NCBI GenBank assembly: GCA_030141605.1
Contig: JAQGDQ010002410.1
Span: 6,125-70,124, forward strand
DNA: 64,000 bases
DNA from: Tubiluchus corallicola
Lineage: Eukaryota > Animalia > Priapulida
Reading direction: 5' to 3'
Shown: piece after piece, positions 38,537 through 49,550 of the stretch
How positions within the stretch are numbered: position 1 is the stretch's first letter
Layout of the letters: every line of letters begins with the position of its first letter
Program-made: the position numbers and the translations under genes
Notes under the pieces: model-generated
The model's database searches: none
What the model was told of the DNA's origin: nothing
Seen by the model: only the letters and a program-made list of their open reading frames with translations

Positions 38537-41500
38537 ATGAACAACACATTATACGACATATTACAACGAAAGATTCTTTTGTTAGATGGAGCTATGGGAA
38601 CTATGATACAAGCCCATCAACTCACCGAAGAAGATTATCGTGGCGAAAGGTTTAAGAGTAGTTCTTATAACCAAAAAGGGAATAACGACCTGCTTTCTCT
38701 TACGCAACCACACATTATACAGCAAATACATAAGCAGTATCTTGAGGCAGGGGCAGATATTATACTGGCGAATACCTTCAATGCCAATTCTGTGTCAATG
38801 GAAGATTATGGGCTGCAAGACCTTGTTTATGAGCTTAACAAAAAGTCTGCTAGTATTGCTAAGGAGGTGGCAGAACAATTTACAAAGCAACACCCTGATA
38901 AGCCTCGTTTTGTGGCAGGTACAATGGGACCTACCAATAAAATGACTTCTATGTCGCCTAATGTGGAAAATCCCGCTCATCGTAACATTACTTTTGACCA
39001 ACTGGTAACCGCATACACCACACAAATAGAGGGACTCATAGATGGTGGAGTAGACTTGTTGTTGTTTGAAACTGTCATAGACACCCTTAATACCAAAGCA
39101 GGCATCATAGCAATGAAAAGAGCTTTTGAAAAGACAGGTAGGCAACTGCCTGTAATGATTTCTGCTACTATTACCGATAAAAGTGGTCGCACATTGTCGG
39201 GGCAAACCATAGAAGCCTTTTTTACCTCCATTGCTCACGCACAGCCTATTAGTGTAGGCTTGAACTGTTCCTTTGGGGCAAAAGACCTTATTCCTATATT
39301 ACAACAATTAGAAAAAAACTGCCCTTTTTACATCAGTTTGCACCCCAATGCAGGCTTGCCTAATCAGTTTGGTGAGTACGAGGAAACACCACAAACAATG
39401 GTAGAGCAACTGCAAGCCCTAGTAGAAAACCGAAAAATTAACATATTAGGAGGGTGCTGTGGCACTACACCAGAACATATTAAGGCACTTGCTCAATTAA
39501 CAAAAAATAAACCTCCAAGAACACTGCCACAAGTAAAAAACGAAACACAAGTTAGCGGATTGGAAGCTCTTACCATTGACGAGCGAACTAACTTTATCAA
39601 CATAGGAGAACGCACCAACGTAGCAGGCTCGCGCAGGTTTGCCCGCCTTATTCGTGAAAAAAAGTACGAAAAAGCACTTTCCATTGCTCGCAATCAGGTG
39701 GAGAATGGAGCAAACATTATAGACATTAATTTTGACGATGCTATGCTGGATGCCCAACAAGAGATGGATACATTTCTGAAACTCCTTGTTTCTGAACCCG
39801 AAATAGCACGAGTGCCTATAATGATAGATTCATCCAAATGGGAAGTAATAGAACAAGGCTTAAAATGTGTGCAAGGAAAATGTATTGTCAATTCCATTAG
39901 CCTCAAAGAAGGAGAAGAAACCCTCAAAAGACAAGCACAAAAGATAAAAAACTACGGGGCAGCAGTTGTCGTAATGGCTTTTGACGAAAAAGGACAAGCC
40001 GACACCTATCAGCGAAAAATAGAAGTGTGTCAAAGAGCTTATAATATACTCGTAAAAGAAGTAAATTTCACTCCACAAGATATAATATTTGACCCCAATA
40101 TACTTACCATTGCCACAGGAATACAAGAGCATAACAATTTTGCAGTAGATTTTATTGAAGCTACCCAATGGATAAAGAAAAACCTACCTTATGTTAAAGT
40201 GAGCGGCGGGGTGAGCAACCTATCTTTTTCTTTCAGGGGAAATAATGTTGTAAGAGAAGCCATACATTCGGTGTTTTTGTATCACGCTATACAAGGGGGT
40301 ATGGATATGGGCATTGTTAATCCTGCTATGTTGCAAATATATGACGATATACCTAAAAACCTCTTGAAATTGGTAGAAAATGTTGTTCTCAACAAAAAAG
40401 AAGAAGCCACCGAAGAACTTATTGCTTTTGCAGAAAATATTAAACAGTCTCTAACGACAAAGAACAGTGCTGCAAACGAGTGGAGAAAACAACCCGTAGA
40501 TAAGCGATTGGAATATGCTCTGCTAAGAGGTAATATAGACCATCTGGAAACGGATGTAGAAGAAGCAAGACAAAATTATTCCAAAGCACTAGAAGTGGTA
40601 GAAGGACCCCTAATGGGTGGTATGAATATAGTAGGCACATTGTTTGGAGAGGGAAAAATGTTTTTGCCACAAGTGGTAAAAAGTGCCAGAGTAATGAAAA
40701 AAGCTATTGCCTTCCTACTGCCTTATATAGAGGCAGAAAAAAGCAACTTGAAAGACAAAAAAACAACAGGCAAGGTACTTATAGCTACTGTAAAAGGAGA
40801 CGTTCATGATATAGGGAAAAACATAGTAAGCGTAGTGTTGGAGTGCAACAATTTTGAGGTTATAGACCTTGGTATAATGATGCCAATGGAAAAAATATTG
40901 GAAACAGCCGTAAACGAAAAAGTGGATGCTATAGCTTTAAGCGGATTGATTACTCCATCGTTGGATGAAATGGTGAATGTAGCCACAGAAATGACCCAAA
41001 GAGGTTTTAAAATTCCTCTTCTTATAGGTGGAGCTACTACTTCAAAAATACATACAGCAGTGAAGATAGAGCCACACTACCCACACAAAACGGTATACGT
41101 AAAAGATGCTTCTGAAAGTGTGCCAATAATGAATGGTATTATATCGGAAAGGCAAGAAGAAACATTACAACGCATAGCAAGAGAATATGAAAAAATAAGG
41201 GAAAATTATAGTAATAAAAAAGAAAAAGAATACATCAGCTTAAAACAAGCCAGAGACAACAAGTTAAAAATAAATTGGGAAGATACTCCTATATACAAGC
41301 CTAATTTTTTGGGAATAAAAACTTTTGAAAACTACCCAATAGAAGAAATAAAAAGTTACATAGATTGGTCGTTCTTTTTCAAGGCGTGGGAACTAAAAGG
41401 CAAATATCCTGATATACTTAAAAGTCCAAAAAACAAAGGGCAAGCACAAAAATTATACAACGATGCCCAAGCAATGATGGAAAAGATAATAAGCCATAAA

Positions 41501-42199
41501 TGGATTGAAGCTAGAGCAGTGTTTGGATTGTTTCGTGCTAATAGTGTGGGCGATGATATAGAGTTACATACAGATGAAAATAAAAAGGATGCAACAACTA
41601 AGTTTTATTTTCTACGACAACAAACTAAAAAGAAATTGCCTAATTTTTGCTTAGCAGATTTTGTGGCAAGCAAAAAAAGCAAAAAAGAGGATTATATTGG
41701 GGCGTTTGTAGTTACTACTGGAATAGGTGTAGATAAGATAACAAAGGCTTTTGAGCAGGATAATGACGATTATAACTCAATAATGATAAAAGTACTTGCT
41801 GATAGGTTAGCAGAAGCCTTTGCAGAACTACTACATTATAGAGTAAGGAAAGAATTTTGGGCTTATGCTCCAAGTGAAAACTTGATAAACGAAGAACTTA
41901 TAAAAGGAAATTTTCAAGGTATACGTCCTGCAATGGGATACCCTGCCTGCCCTGAGCATTCGGAAAAGGAAATACTATTTAAACTATTAAATGCAAATAA
42001 GATAGGAGTAAGCCTCACTGAGAACTACTCTATGCAGCCCAATGCTACTTTGGCGGGCTTGTATTTTGCACATCCAGAAGCACAATATTTTGGGGTAGGA
42101 AAAATAGACAAAGAACAAGTGGAAGATTATGCCAAAAGAAAAGATACACAGGTAGCAGAAGCAGAGAAATGGCTGAATAAGAATTTGCAGTATAAGTAA
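38537..42199 (+). CDS. metH: Cobalamin-dependent methionine synthase
   Basis: [51 protein letters not shown]; TATCTTTG -7 element at 38510. Confidence 0.98.
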   Translation: MNNTLYDILQRKILLLDGAMGTMIQAHQLTEEDYRGERFKSSSYNQKGNNDLLSLTQPHIIQQIHKQYLEAGADIILANTFNANSVSMEDYGLQDLVYELNKKSASIAKEVAEQFTKQHPDKPRFVAGTMGPTNKMTSMSPNVENPAHRNITFDQLVTAYTTQIEGLIDGGVDLLLFETVIDTLNTKAGIIAMKRAFEKTGRQLPVMISATITDKSGRTLSGQTIEAFFTSIAHAQPISVGLNCSFGAKDLIPILQQLEKNCPFYISLHPNAGLPNQFGEYEETPQTMVEQLQALVENRKINILGGCCGTTPEHIKALAQLTKNKPPRTLPQVKNETQVSGLEALTIDERTNFINIGERTNVAGSRRFARLIREKKYEKALSIARNQVENGANIIDINFDDAMLDAQQEMDTFLKLLVSEPEIARVPIMIDSSKWEVIEQGLKCVQGKCIVNSISLKEGEETLKRQAQKIKNYGAAVVVMAFDEKGQADTYQRKIEVCQRAYNILVKEVNFTPQDIIFDPNILTIATGIQEHNNFAVDFIEATQWIKKNLPYVKVSGGVSNLSFSFRGNNVVREAIHSVFLYHAIQGGMDMGIVNPAMLQIYDDIPKNLLKLVENVVLNKKEEATEELIAFAENIKQSLTTKNSAANEWRKQPVDKRLEYALLRGNIDHLETDVEEARQNYSKALEVVEGPLMGGMNIVGTLFGEGKMFLPQVVKSARVMKKAIAFLLPYIEAEKSNLKDKKTTGKVLIATVKGDVHDIGKNIVSVVLECNNFEVIDLGIMMPMEKILETAVNEKVDAIALSGLITPSLDEMVNVATEMTQRGFKIPLLIGGATTSKIHTAVKIEPHYPHKTVYVKDASESVPIMNGIISERQEETLQRIAREYEKIRENYSNKKEKEYISLKQARDNKLKINWEDTPIYKPNFLGIKTFENYPIEEIKSYIDWSFFFKAWELKGKYPDILKSPKNKGQAQKLYNDAQAMMEKIISHKWIEARAVFGLFRANSVGDDIELHTDENKKDATTKFYFLRQQTKKKLPNFCLADFVASKKSKKEDYIGAFVVTTGIGVDKITKAFEQDNDDYNSIMIKVLADRLAEAFAELLHYRVRKEFWAYAPSENLINEELIKGNFQGIRPAMGYPACPEHSEKEILFKLLNANKIGVSLTENYSMQPNATLAGLYFAHPEAQYFGVGKIDKEQVEDYAKRKDTQVAEAEKWLNKNLQYK

Positions 42200-42221
42200 A
42201 GAAATTTATTTTTTTCTTTTA

Positions 42222-42261
42222 GATAATGCGTTATCAATTGGCAGAAAACAATATGTATTAC
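42222..42261 (+). repeat. Short MITE-like repeat copy E
   Basis: gataatgcgttatcaattggcagaaaacaatatgtattac. Confidence 0.62.
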
Positions 42262-42267
42262 AAAAAT

Positions 42268-42297
42268 TAAGGGTGGAACTTATAAGTTCCACCCTTA
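42268..42297. terminator. Perfect 30-bp palindrome between convergent metH and the CoA transferase gene
   Basis: taagggtggaactta|taagttccaccctta. Confidence 0.7.
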
Positions 42298-42334
42298 TGA
42301 CAATCTACTTTTCAACTATCTTATTCTGCCGTAT

Positions 42335-43642
42335 TTACTTTCTCACAAAATGAAAATGGCTTCCAAATCTTTCAAATGCAGTCTTATCAAGTGCTTCTCT
42401 ATGGTCAGGATGAGCTATAGATATAATTGCTTTTGCTCTTTTTTGTAAGGTTTTTCCATATAAATCAACAGCACCATATTCTGTTACCAACCAGTGCATA
42501 CTACTACGGGTAGTAACTACACCACTACCTTCCATCAAAGCAGAAGCTATTTTAGATACTCCTTTGCTTGTAACTGATGGCATTGCAATAATAGGTTTTC
42601 CACCTTCTGATTGAGCAGCACCTCTCATAAAGTCAACCTGTCCACCCACACCAGAATAAAACACCTTACCAATAGAATCAGCACATACTTGTCCTGTTAA
42701 ATCCACAGACAAAGCGGAATTGATAGCAATAGTTTTAGGGTTCTTTCTTATAACTGAAATACCATTAGTATGAGCAACATCCATCATATATACCATTGGG
42801 TTGTCATCTATAAAATCATATAGCTTTTGGGCCCCCATTAAAAAAGATGCAACTATTTTTCCAGGGTAAGTATTCTTATATTTTCCTGTAACAACGCCTT
42901 TTTCAACAAGAGGTAACAGCCCATCTGCAAACATTTCTGTATGCACGCCTAAATCTTTATGATTATGCAATTGTGCTAATACTGCATTTGGAATACCACC
43001 TATTCCCATTTGCAAGCACGCTCCATCAGGTACCAATTCGGCTACATTCTTACCAATGGCTATGTCAGTTTCAGAAAGCTGCCCCGAGTCATGAATAATA
43101 AGAGGAGAATCGTTTTCTACCGCATAGTCAAAGTCATTTAATAAAGTTTGTGCATCTCCCCAAGCTCTTGGAACATTTTTATTTACTATTGCAATAGTAG
43201 TATCTGCACATTGAATAGCTGCCCTAGAAGCCTCTACAGATGTACCCAAAGATACAAACCCATGTTTGTCTGGCAAAGACACCTGTACTACCGCAACATT
43301 AACATGCAAAACATTAGTACGTATCAATTTTTGAGTTTCATTCAAATACACAGGAATATAATCAGCATATCCTTGTTGTGTAGCCTTTCTTACATTAGCC
43401 CCTACAAAAAATGATTCTAATTTGAAAACACCTTCAAACTCTGGCTTTACGTAATCCACTTCACCCTCTGTGTGAATGTGTTGAATGGCAATATCTTCTA
43501 TTTCGCCTCTTCGTCCTCGTTCGCACATTGCCTTAATAAAAAAATGAGGAGTTACAGCTACTGAGTGCAAATGAACTCTATCGCCTGATTTTACAACACC
43601 AGCTGCTTCTTCTATAGAAACATACTTTACATTATTTTTCAT
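42335..43642 (-). CDS. Acetyl-CoA hydrolase/transferase family (4-hydroxybutyrate CoA-transferase-like)
   Basis: LQMGIGGIPNAV, LGVHTEM, SGVGGQVDFMRGA, IAHPDHRE; TACTTTTG -7 element at 43702-43709. Confidence 0.93.
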   Translation of the reverse strand: MKNNVKYVSIEEAAGVVKSGDRVHLHSVAVTPHFFIKAMCERGRRGEIEDIAIQHIHTEGEVDYVKPEFEGVFKLESFFVGANVRKATQQGYADYIPVYLNETQKLIRTNVLHVNVAVVQVSLPDKHGFVSLGTSVEASRAAIQCADTTIAIVNKNVPRAWGDAQTLLNDFDYAVENDSPLIIHDSGQLSETDIAIGKNVAELVPDGACLQMGIGGIPNAVLAQLHNHKDLGVHTEMFADGLLPLVEKGVVTGKYKNTYPGKIVASFLMGAQKLYDFIDDNPMVYMMDVAHTNGISVIRKNPKTIAINSALSVDLTGQVCADSIGKVFYSGVGGQVDFMRGAAQSEGGKPIIAMPSVTSKGVSKIASALMEGSGVVTTRSSMHWLVTEYGAVDLYGKTLQKRAKAIISIAHPDHREALDKTAFERFGSHFHFVRK

Positions 43643-43804
43643 TGATAGCTTTAAAAATATTTAAAAATTAATAACTTAACACTTTTAAGAAACGATTTTT
43701 GCAAAAGTACTACTTTTTCACATTATTTCAAATAGAAATTGTCGTATTAATTTTATATTTTAATAAATATATCTTTCTTTTGTCATATTTTTGTTAAAAT
43801 GGTT

Positions 43805-44341
43805 ATGAAATTTCAAAAAGGAGACAAAGTTGAGTTCTTAGATAAAAAGGGTAAAGGCATTATAGTAAGTATTATTGATAAAAAAACTGTAATAGTACTA
43901 ACAGAAAATAAATTCAAAGTTCCTGTATTAGCGAATGAATTAATAAAAATAAACGAAAATACATCTTCATTAAAAGATATAAAAGTACCTACTATAAATA
44001 AAAACCAATCACTGCCTCCCCAACCTATTAAAAAACCTTCCTCTACAAAAAAGAAGAAAGAAATACAAGAAATAGACCTCCACATAGATATGTTAACAAG
44101 AAATAGGAAAGGACTAAATAATAGTGATATGATAAGTATTCAATTACAAAAAGTAATAGATACCCTAAATGAAAATTTAGACAAAAAAGGCAAAGAAATA
44201 ATTTTCATACACGGTGTAGGAGCAGGTGTACTAAAACAAGAAATCATCCAAATATTAGACACACAATATCCCAATATTTATTATCAGGATGCCTCATTTA
44301 GCAAGTATGGTTTTGGTGCTACTAAGATAACAATAAGGTAA
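43805..44341 (+). CDS. Smr/MutS2 C-terminal domain protein
   Basis: EIDLHID, FIHGVGAGVLK, DASFSKYGFGAT. Confidence 0.9.
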   Translation: MKFQKGDKVEFLDKKGKGIIVSIIDKKTVIVLTENKFKVPVLANELIKINENTSSLKDIKVPTINKNQSLPPQPIKKPSSTKKKKEIQEIDLHIDMLTRNRKGLNNSDMISIQLQKVIDTLNENLDKKGKEIIFIHGVGAGVLKQEIIQILDTQYPNIYYQDASFSKYGFGATKITIR

Positions 44342-44409
44342 ACGAATACTTATGATTATAAAAATGGAAGTATTGCAACTTCCTCTTATGATATTTAGTA
44401 TTTATAAAG

Positions 44410-45618
44410 ATGAAAATAGAAAATATAAAAATAGAAAATTACACCTATAACCTACCTGACAAAAGAATAGCCAAATACCCTTTGCAAAAACGACACCAAT
44501 CTAAGTTATTAATATACAAAGATGCCACTATCAAAGAGAATGCGTTTAACACTCTACCCAAATATTTGTCTGATAAGCATTTGCTTGTTTTTAACAATAG
44601 CAAAGTAATACAGGCAAGGCTTGTCTTCAAAAAAGATACAGGAGCAAATATTGAGGTTTTTTGCCTTGAACCTATTACTCCGCCTAACTATGAACAAATA
44701 TTTCAATCAAAAAACACTTGTGTGTGGCGATGTACCGTAGGTAATCTGAAAAAATGGAAGGGAAACGTACTGTCAAAAGAATTTACTTACAACAGCCAAA
44801 AACATACCTTGTGTGCTACATTACTAAAAAAGGAAAGCGATGACATTTGGGTACAGTTTGAGTGGTGTGGGGAAATAACTTTTGCAGATATACTAAAAAC
44901 ATTGGGAGCTATGCCTATCCCCCCCTATTTAAATAGAGCTTCGGAAAACATAGACAAAGAAAGATACCAAACCGTTTATTCCAAAGTAAAAGGCTCAGTA
45001 GCAGCTCCCACTGCAGGCTTGCACTTTTCCAGTGAGGTATTAGAACAACTGAAAAAAAAAGGAATAAAAATGACAGAAGTAAGCCTACACGTAGGTGCAG
45101 GAACTTTTAAACCTGTGTCGGAGACCTACATAAGTAACCACAAAATGCATACTGAGCAGGTAAGTGTGAGCACAAGTGCTTTGAGACAAATAATAATTAA
45201 CCTGAATAATATAGTGGCAGTAGGAACTACTTCTATACGAACAATTGAAAGCCTTTATTGGCTAGGGCTAAAAGTATTACAAGGCGAGAACAACCTTAAT
45301 CTCGGACAATGGGAAGCTTATAACTTAAATAGTAGTATAACAGCTCAACAATCGTTGAAGGCACTACTTAATTACATGAAGCACAAAGACATAGAACAAC
45401 TTAATTTTCATACTAAATTGATGATAGTACCTACTTACAATTTTAAGATAGTATCAGGACTTATCACTAATTTTCACCAACCCCAAAGCACTCTGTTGTT
45501 ACTTATTGCTACTTTTGTAGGCAGTGCCTGGCAAAAAATCTACAACTATGCACTGAAAAACAATTTTCGCTTTTTAAGCTATGGAGATAGTTCATTGTTG
45601 TGGAAAAAGCAGATGTGA
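44410..45618 (+). CDS. queA: S-adenosylmethionine:tRNA ribosyltransferase-isomerase
   Basis: PIPPYL, RYQTVY, GSVAAPTAGLHF, LHVGAGTF, TNFHQP, YGDS. Confidence 0.96.
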   Translation: MKIENIKIENYTYNLPDKRIAKYPLQKRHQSKLLIYKDATIKENAFNTLPKYLSDKHLLVFNNSKVIQARLVFKKDTGANIEVFCLEPITPPNYEQIFQSKNTCVWRCTVGNLKKWKGNVLSKEFTYNSQKHTLCATLLKKESDDIWVQFEWCGEITFADILKTLGAMPIPPYLNRASENIDKERYQTVYSKVKGSVAAPTAGLHFSSEVLEQLKKKGIKMTEVSLHVGAGTFKPVSETYISNHKMHTEQVSVSTSALRQIIINLNNIVAVGTTSIRTIESLYWLGLKVLQGENNLNLGQWEAYNLNSSITAQQSLKALLNYMKHKDIEQLNFHTKLMIVPTYNFKIVSGLITNFHQPQSTLLLLIATFVGSAWQKIYNYALKNNFRFLSYGDSSLLWKKQM

Positions 45619-45686
45619 TTTTATAATTTTTAGTAATTACAATATAATAAAAGCATATTTCGTTTTTATAGGAGAAAAAATAATAA

Positions 45687-46928
45687 ATGAAGGTTGTTAA
45701 AATTATAATTATACTATCTAGTTTTATTTCAATAATTGGGTCTGCTCAATTAGCTACGGATACTACTATCTATTTGGGAAACGATACAACCTTCCTAGAT
45801 ACAAGTTTTGTAGACAGTATGTCTGTAAATCAAGATACATTATTCGTAGAACAAGATACATTGTTTGTAAGGCCAGACACATTGTTCGTTGGAGATACCT
45901 CCTCTTTAATGATGGAAGATTTGCAACTTTTTTCTGAAATTCAAAAAATTCAAGAAAGAAAGGCTCTTAAATCAATAAAGGCTAAAAATATTAGCAGTAA
46001 AAATATTTTAAGAATAACACCACCAACGAATAATCAAATATCTTTGGATATAGATTCTTCTTTTAGACAAAATATTGGCATATGGATTTTTAGCACGAAA
46101 AATGCACTGATGCTTTCTCAGACTTCTTTCACAGACTGGGCAGCAGGAGGAGATGATTTATTAGCTTTTAACACAGAATCCGTTACCCAGTTGAATTACT
46201 TAAAAAGCATATTTGTATGGAACAATGAAATGATTTTAAACTACGGGGGGCAGTTCGTAGATGAGAAAGATGCTAAAAAGGTATTCACAAAATCAAGCGA
46301 TAGGCTTTTTATCAGTTCTTCGGTATATCGCAAATTTGATGTAAAATGGTCTTTGACAGGTGTTTTCAATATAGACACACAGTTCACCAATGGTTATGAC
46401 AATAGCGATAGAGAAAAGCTCATTTCTACTTTTATGGCTCCGGGCTATGTAACTATAGGTCTGGGTCTCACTTATGCTAGAAAAGAAAAAAAACTTTCAG
46501 TAGAGTTAGCACCTGTTTCAAGTAAAACAACCTTTGTTCTCAACCAAGAATTAGCCAATCAAGGAGCTTTTGGTGTAGAAGGGGCTGTAATAGATGAAGA
46601 AACGGGAGCAATTATTAAAGAAGGAAGAAGATCAAGAAGCGAATCAGGTGTTTTTACCAAAATAACTAAAGAAGGAAATATCAACAACATGTTTAACTAT
46701 TCATCTATTCTCACCCTGTTCTCTGCCTATAAACATATATTTAAAACAGACGTTAGGTGGGAATTTAAGGTAGAGTCAAAAATAAGCAAATATTTTTCTG
46801 TTCTTTTTGATTTGGTGCTTATTTATGACGATGATATAAAAATGACGGATAATGATGGAAATGAACGGGGACCTAGCCTTCAAGTGAAACAGTATTTTGG
46901 AGTAGGTCTTTCTTATGCATTTCCATAA
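45687..46928 (+). CDS. DUF3078-like outer-membrane beta-barrel protein
   Basis: Signal peptide; SQTSFTDWAAGG, TQFTNGY, STFMAPGY, LIYDDD, LQVKQYFGVGLSYAF. Confidence 0.85.
   Translation: MKVVKIIIILSSFISIIGSAQLATDTTIYLGNDTTFLDTSFVDSMSVNQDTLFVEQDTLFVRPDTLFVGDTSSLMMEDLQLFSEIQKIQERKALKSIKAKNISSKNILRITPPTNNQISLDIDSSFRQNIGIWIFSTKNALMLSQTSFTDWAAGGDDLLAFNTESVTQLNYLKSIFVWNNEMILNYGGQFVDEKDAKKVFTKSSDRLFISSSVYRKFDVKWSLTGVFNIDTQFTNGYDNSDREKLISTFMAPGYVTIGLGLTYARKEKKLSVELAPVSSKTTFVLNQELANQGAFGVEGAVIDEETGAIIKEGRRSRSESGVFTKITKEGNINNMFNYSSILTLFSAYKHIFKTDVRWEFKVESKISKYFSVLFDLVLIYDDDIKMTDNDGNERGPSLQVKQYFGVGLSYAFP
45831..45893 (+). repeat. Three 21-bp tandem repeats (QDTLFVE/QDTLFVR/PDTLFVG)
   Basis: caagatacattattcgtagaa caagatacattgtttgtaagg ccagacacattgttcgttgga. 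Confidence 0.85.
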
Positions 46929-46998
46929 TATGCAGTATAAATAAATCTAATACCTAAAAACAAAGAATTTATCTGTTCTGAGTCCTGCAGATATGAGC

Positions 46999-47031
46999 AT
47001 AAAGGCAAGGCAATTTTTGCCTTGCCTTTAT
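46999..47031. terminator. Intrinsic terminator between convergent DUF3078 and hsp20 genes
   Basis: ataaaggcaaggcaa-ttt-ttgccttgcctttat, 15-bp stem. Confidence 0.8.
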
Positions 47032-47050
47032 ATAAGAAGGTTTAATTATC

Positions 47051-47500
47051 TTAATCAATCTTTATTTCCCTTGAAGGCAGTGTTTTAGTCTCTTTTCTTT
47101 TAGGAAGATCAACCGTCAAAATACCTTTGTCATATTTTGCTTTTATTTCTTCAGCTTTCACTTCTTCATTAGGGAGGTAAAAACTCCTAGAAAAAGATTG
47201 ATAATTAAACTCTCTTCTTTTATAATTGCCTTCTTCGTCCTTTTCTTCTTTTGTTTCCTCTTTTTTTGAACATATGGTTAAATAATCATTTTCATAGTTG
47301 ATTTTCACATCTTCTTTTTTCAAACCGGGCACTGCCAACTCTGTACTGTATTTATCGTCTGTTTCTTTTACATTTACAGCAGGTATGTTAGAACTGCTCA
47401 TCGTTTCAGGAAAATTTAACCAACTATCGTTAAAAAAATTCTCAAAAAGACGATTTAAAGGTAAATTACTTCTCTTGTTGTATTTGGATAATAAGGTCAT
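47051..47500 (-). CDS. Hsp20/alpha-crystallin small heat shock protein
   Basis: PAVNVKE, ELAVPGLKKED, RREFNYQSFSRSF.LP, AKYDKGILTV.LPK. Confidence 0.96.
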   Translation of the reverse strand: MTLLSKYNKRSNLPLNRLFENFFNDSWLNFPETMSSSNIPAVNVKETDDKYSTELAVPGLKKEDVKINYENDYLTICSKKEETKEEKDEEGNYKRREFNYQSFSRSFYLPNEEVKAEEIKAKYDKGILTVDLPKRKETKTLPSREIKID

Positions 47501-47588
47501 AACTTAGTCCTCCTATTTTTTTAAAATTAATATTTATTCTTTTTAATTAAAACAATTTAGTTACGCAACTAATTACGTAATAAAACAT

Positions 47589-47682
47589 ACAAATAGTATT
47601 CCAAAATTAAACTTACACTAAAAAGCATTTCTTTCAAGACAAAATGTCTTCTTTTTCATTTTTGCATATGACAAAGTGTCTT
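47589..47682 (-). promoter_or_regulatory. Putative sigma54-like -24/-12 promoter with two GACA-N3-TGTC palindromes upstream of hsp20
   Basis: Minus strand TGGAATACTATTTGT (47589-47603) has TGG-N8-TTG spacing; aagacaaaatgtctt (47636-47650) and atgacaaagtgtctt (47668-47682) are 32 bp apart. Confidence 0.5.
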
Positions 47683-47847
47683 CTTTTGAAAAATGAAAAG
47701 TTTCCCTTATAGTGGATTTAAGCAAAAAATATGCTAATATATTAGTAGTAACACCTAATACATTATTTTCATTTTTTTCTTGCTTTTTTCTCAAAAAGTT
47801 CTTATATTTAATGTATGTTTTAAGGAGTTCCTAAATTCGTGTCAGTG

Positions 47848-48285
47848 ATGGAAAGAATAAAGCTATTCATAATATCTATTATAATATTTTTTCTGACGAT
47901 AGGCACAACCGAATCTAAAATAAAAACAGATTATTCAACAGAAAAAGTAGCAAAAATAGACCATTCAAAAGAAAAGCCAAGGCAAACAAACTTCTTAGAA
48001 AATGAACAACGCTTTTATTTCTTAGATGCCCCATTCATTATAGACGATAAAAATGATATAGACCTAGGACTTTTGCCTTCTGGTGAAATCACAAAAGAGA
48101 CCCACGTTCAAGAATATCTACAAATTCTTCATATGATGAATAATATGCCTTCCTATTCTCAAACCAACAACCTATGGTATATGTTTGGTTTAAACTTTGC
48201 TATTCAGAATTTTTCGCTTTTTGAAAATTATCAACTACTTTACCAAGATCATTCTACTTGGAACTTTCTATTTCCAATAGACTAA
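47848..48285 (+). CDS. Hypothetical secreted protein
   Basis: N-terminal hydrophobic signal; no recognised domain. Confidence 0.55.
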   Translation: MERIKLFIISIIIFFLTIGTTESKIKTDYSTEKVAKIDHSKEKPRQTNFLENEQRFYFLDAPFIIDDKNDIDLGLLPSGEITKETHVQEYLQILHMMNNMPSYSQTNNLWYMFGLNFAIQNFSLFENYQLLYQDHSTWNFLFPID

Positions 48286-48458
48286 GAATCTGGCAACAAT
48301 TTTCCAAATTTCTGTTACAAACTGTTCATACAATAGAACTTACAATAATAGGACTATTACTTCGTTTTTTTGACAAATTGCTTAACTTTGTTTCTAATAA
48401 ACTACTTTCTATTTATTACATTATTTTCTTTATCTGTCAATACAATTAAAGGTATACT

Positions 48459-49058
48459 ATGCTCAAAAACTATTGCAGGGAAAAGACATTAGAAGCAGGT
48501 TGCGACGAAGCAGGACGAGGCTGCTTAGCAGGCCCTGTGGTAGCTGCAGCTGTGATAATGCCTCTAAACTATAAAAACAATTTATTGAACGATTCTAAAA
48601 AACTTGCCGAACAACAACGCGAAACATTACGTATAGAAATAGAACAAAAAGCAATAACGTGGGCAGTAGGTATTATTTCTCACGTAGAAATAGATAAAAT
48701 AAATATTCTTAACGCATCTATATTAGCAATGCACAAAGCTTTAGACCAACTGTTGCCCCAACCTAAGCACATCATTGTCGATGGCAATAAATTCAAGCCT
48801 TACAAAGAAATATCTCACCAATGCATAGTAAAGGGAGATAGCAAATATGCCTCCATTGCTGCAGCTTCTATATTGGCTAAAACACACAGGGATGAAATAA
48901 TGCGGGGATTAGACAGAGAATACCCACATTACCATTGGGGAAGAAACAAGGGCTATCCTACTAAACAACATAGAGAAGCCATTGTTAAATATGGTATATC
49001 GCCTCATCATAGAAGAACTTTTCGTCTGCTGCCTCTGCAAAAGATGTTGCATATATAA
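48459..49058 (+). CDS. rnhB: Ribonuclease HII
   Basis: GCDEAGRGCLAGPV, DSKKL, VDGN, KGDSKYASIAAASILAK, NKGYPT. Confidence 0.97.
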   Translation: MLKNYCREKTLEAGCDEAGRGCLAGPVVAAAVIMPLNYKNNLLNDSKKLAEQQRETLRIEIEQKAITWAVGIISHVEIDKINILNASILAMHKALDQLLPQPKHIIVDGNKFKPYKEISHQCIVKGDSKYASIAAASILAKTHRDEIMRGLDREYPHYHWGRNKGYPTKQHREAIVKYGISPHHRRTFRLLPLQKMLHI

Positions 49059-49084
49059 AAAAGAAAAGCCAAGGCTCTTCTTTT

Positions 49085-49456
49085 TTAATCGTCGGAATAA
49101 ATCCCTAATTTATTGCCTTCTGTATCTGTAAAAAGGGCAAAATATCCTTTTCCTTCTGCCTCAATCTTCGTTTTAGACTTTACTATTTTTCCACCTAATT
49201 TCTCAACTCTTTGTAATTTCTCTGTCAAGTCATTTCCGCCATTAAAACTTATCAACACGCCATCTGACGAAGGGTTGAAGTTTGGAGAATAGGAAATTGC
49301 TCCAGACACATTTTGATTGTTGTTTGGGAAACATCCCATTTTCTCCTCTCCACAATCAAAAACCCGAATTTCAATATCCAAAAGATCCTGATAAAAATTC
49401 ACAGCTCTGTCAAAATTTTTTGCAGGAATCTCGAAAAAACTGATTAACTCTTCCAT
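49085..49456 (-). CDS. VOC/glyoxalase-bleomycin resistance family protein
   Basis: FFEIPA.NFDRA..FY, GYFALFTDTEGN. Confidence 0.92.
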   Translation of the reverse strand: MEELISFFEIPAKNFDRAVNFYQDLLDIEIRVFDCGEEKMGCFPNNNQNVSGAISYSPNFNPSSDGVLISFNGGNDLTEKLQRVEKLGGKIVKSKTKIEAEGKGYFALFTDTEGNKLGIYSDD

Positions 49457-49550
49457 TATTTTACTTTTTTTAAATTAAAAATATAAGAACCACAATAAAG
49501 AACAAATTAACAGCTATAAATTGCTTATAAATTGGAAAAAAGAGACATTT

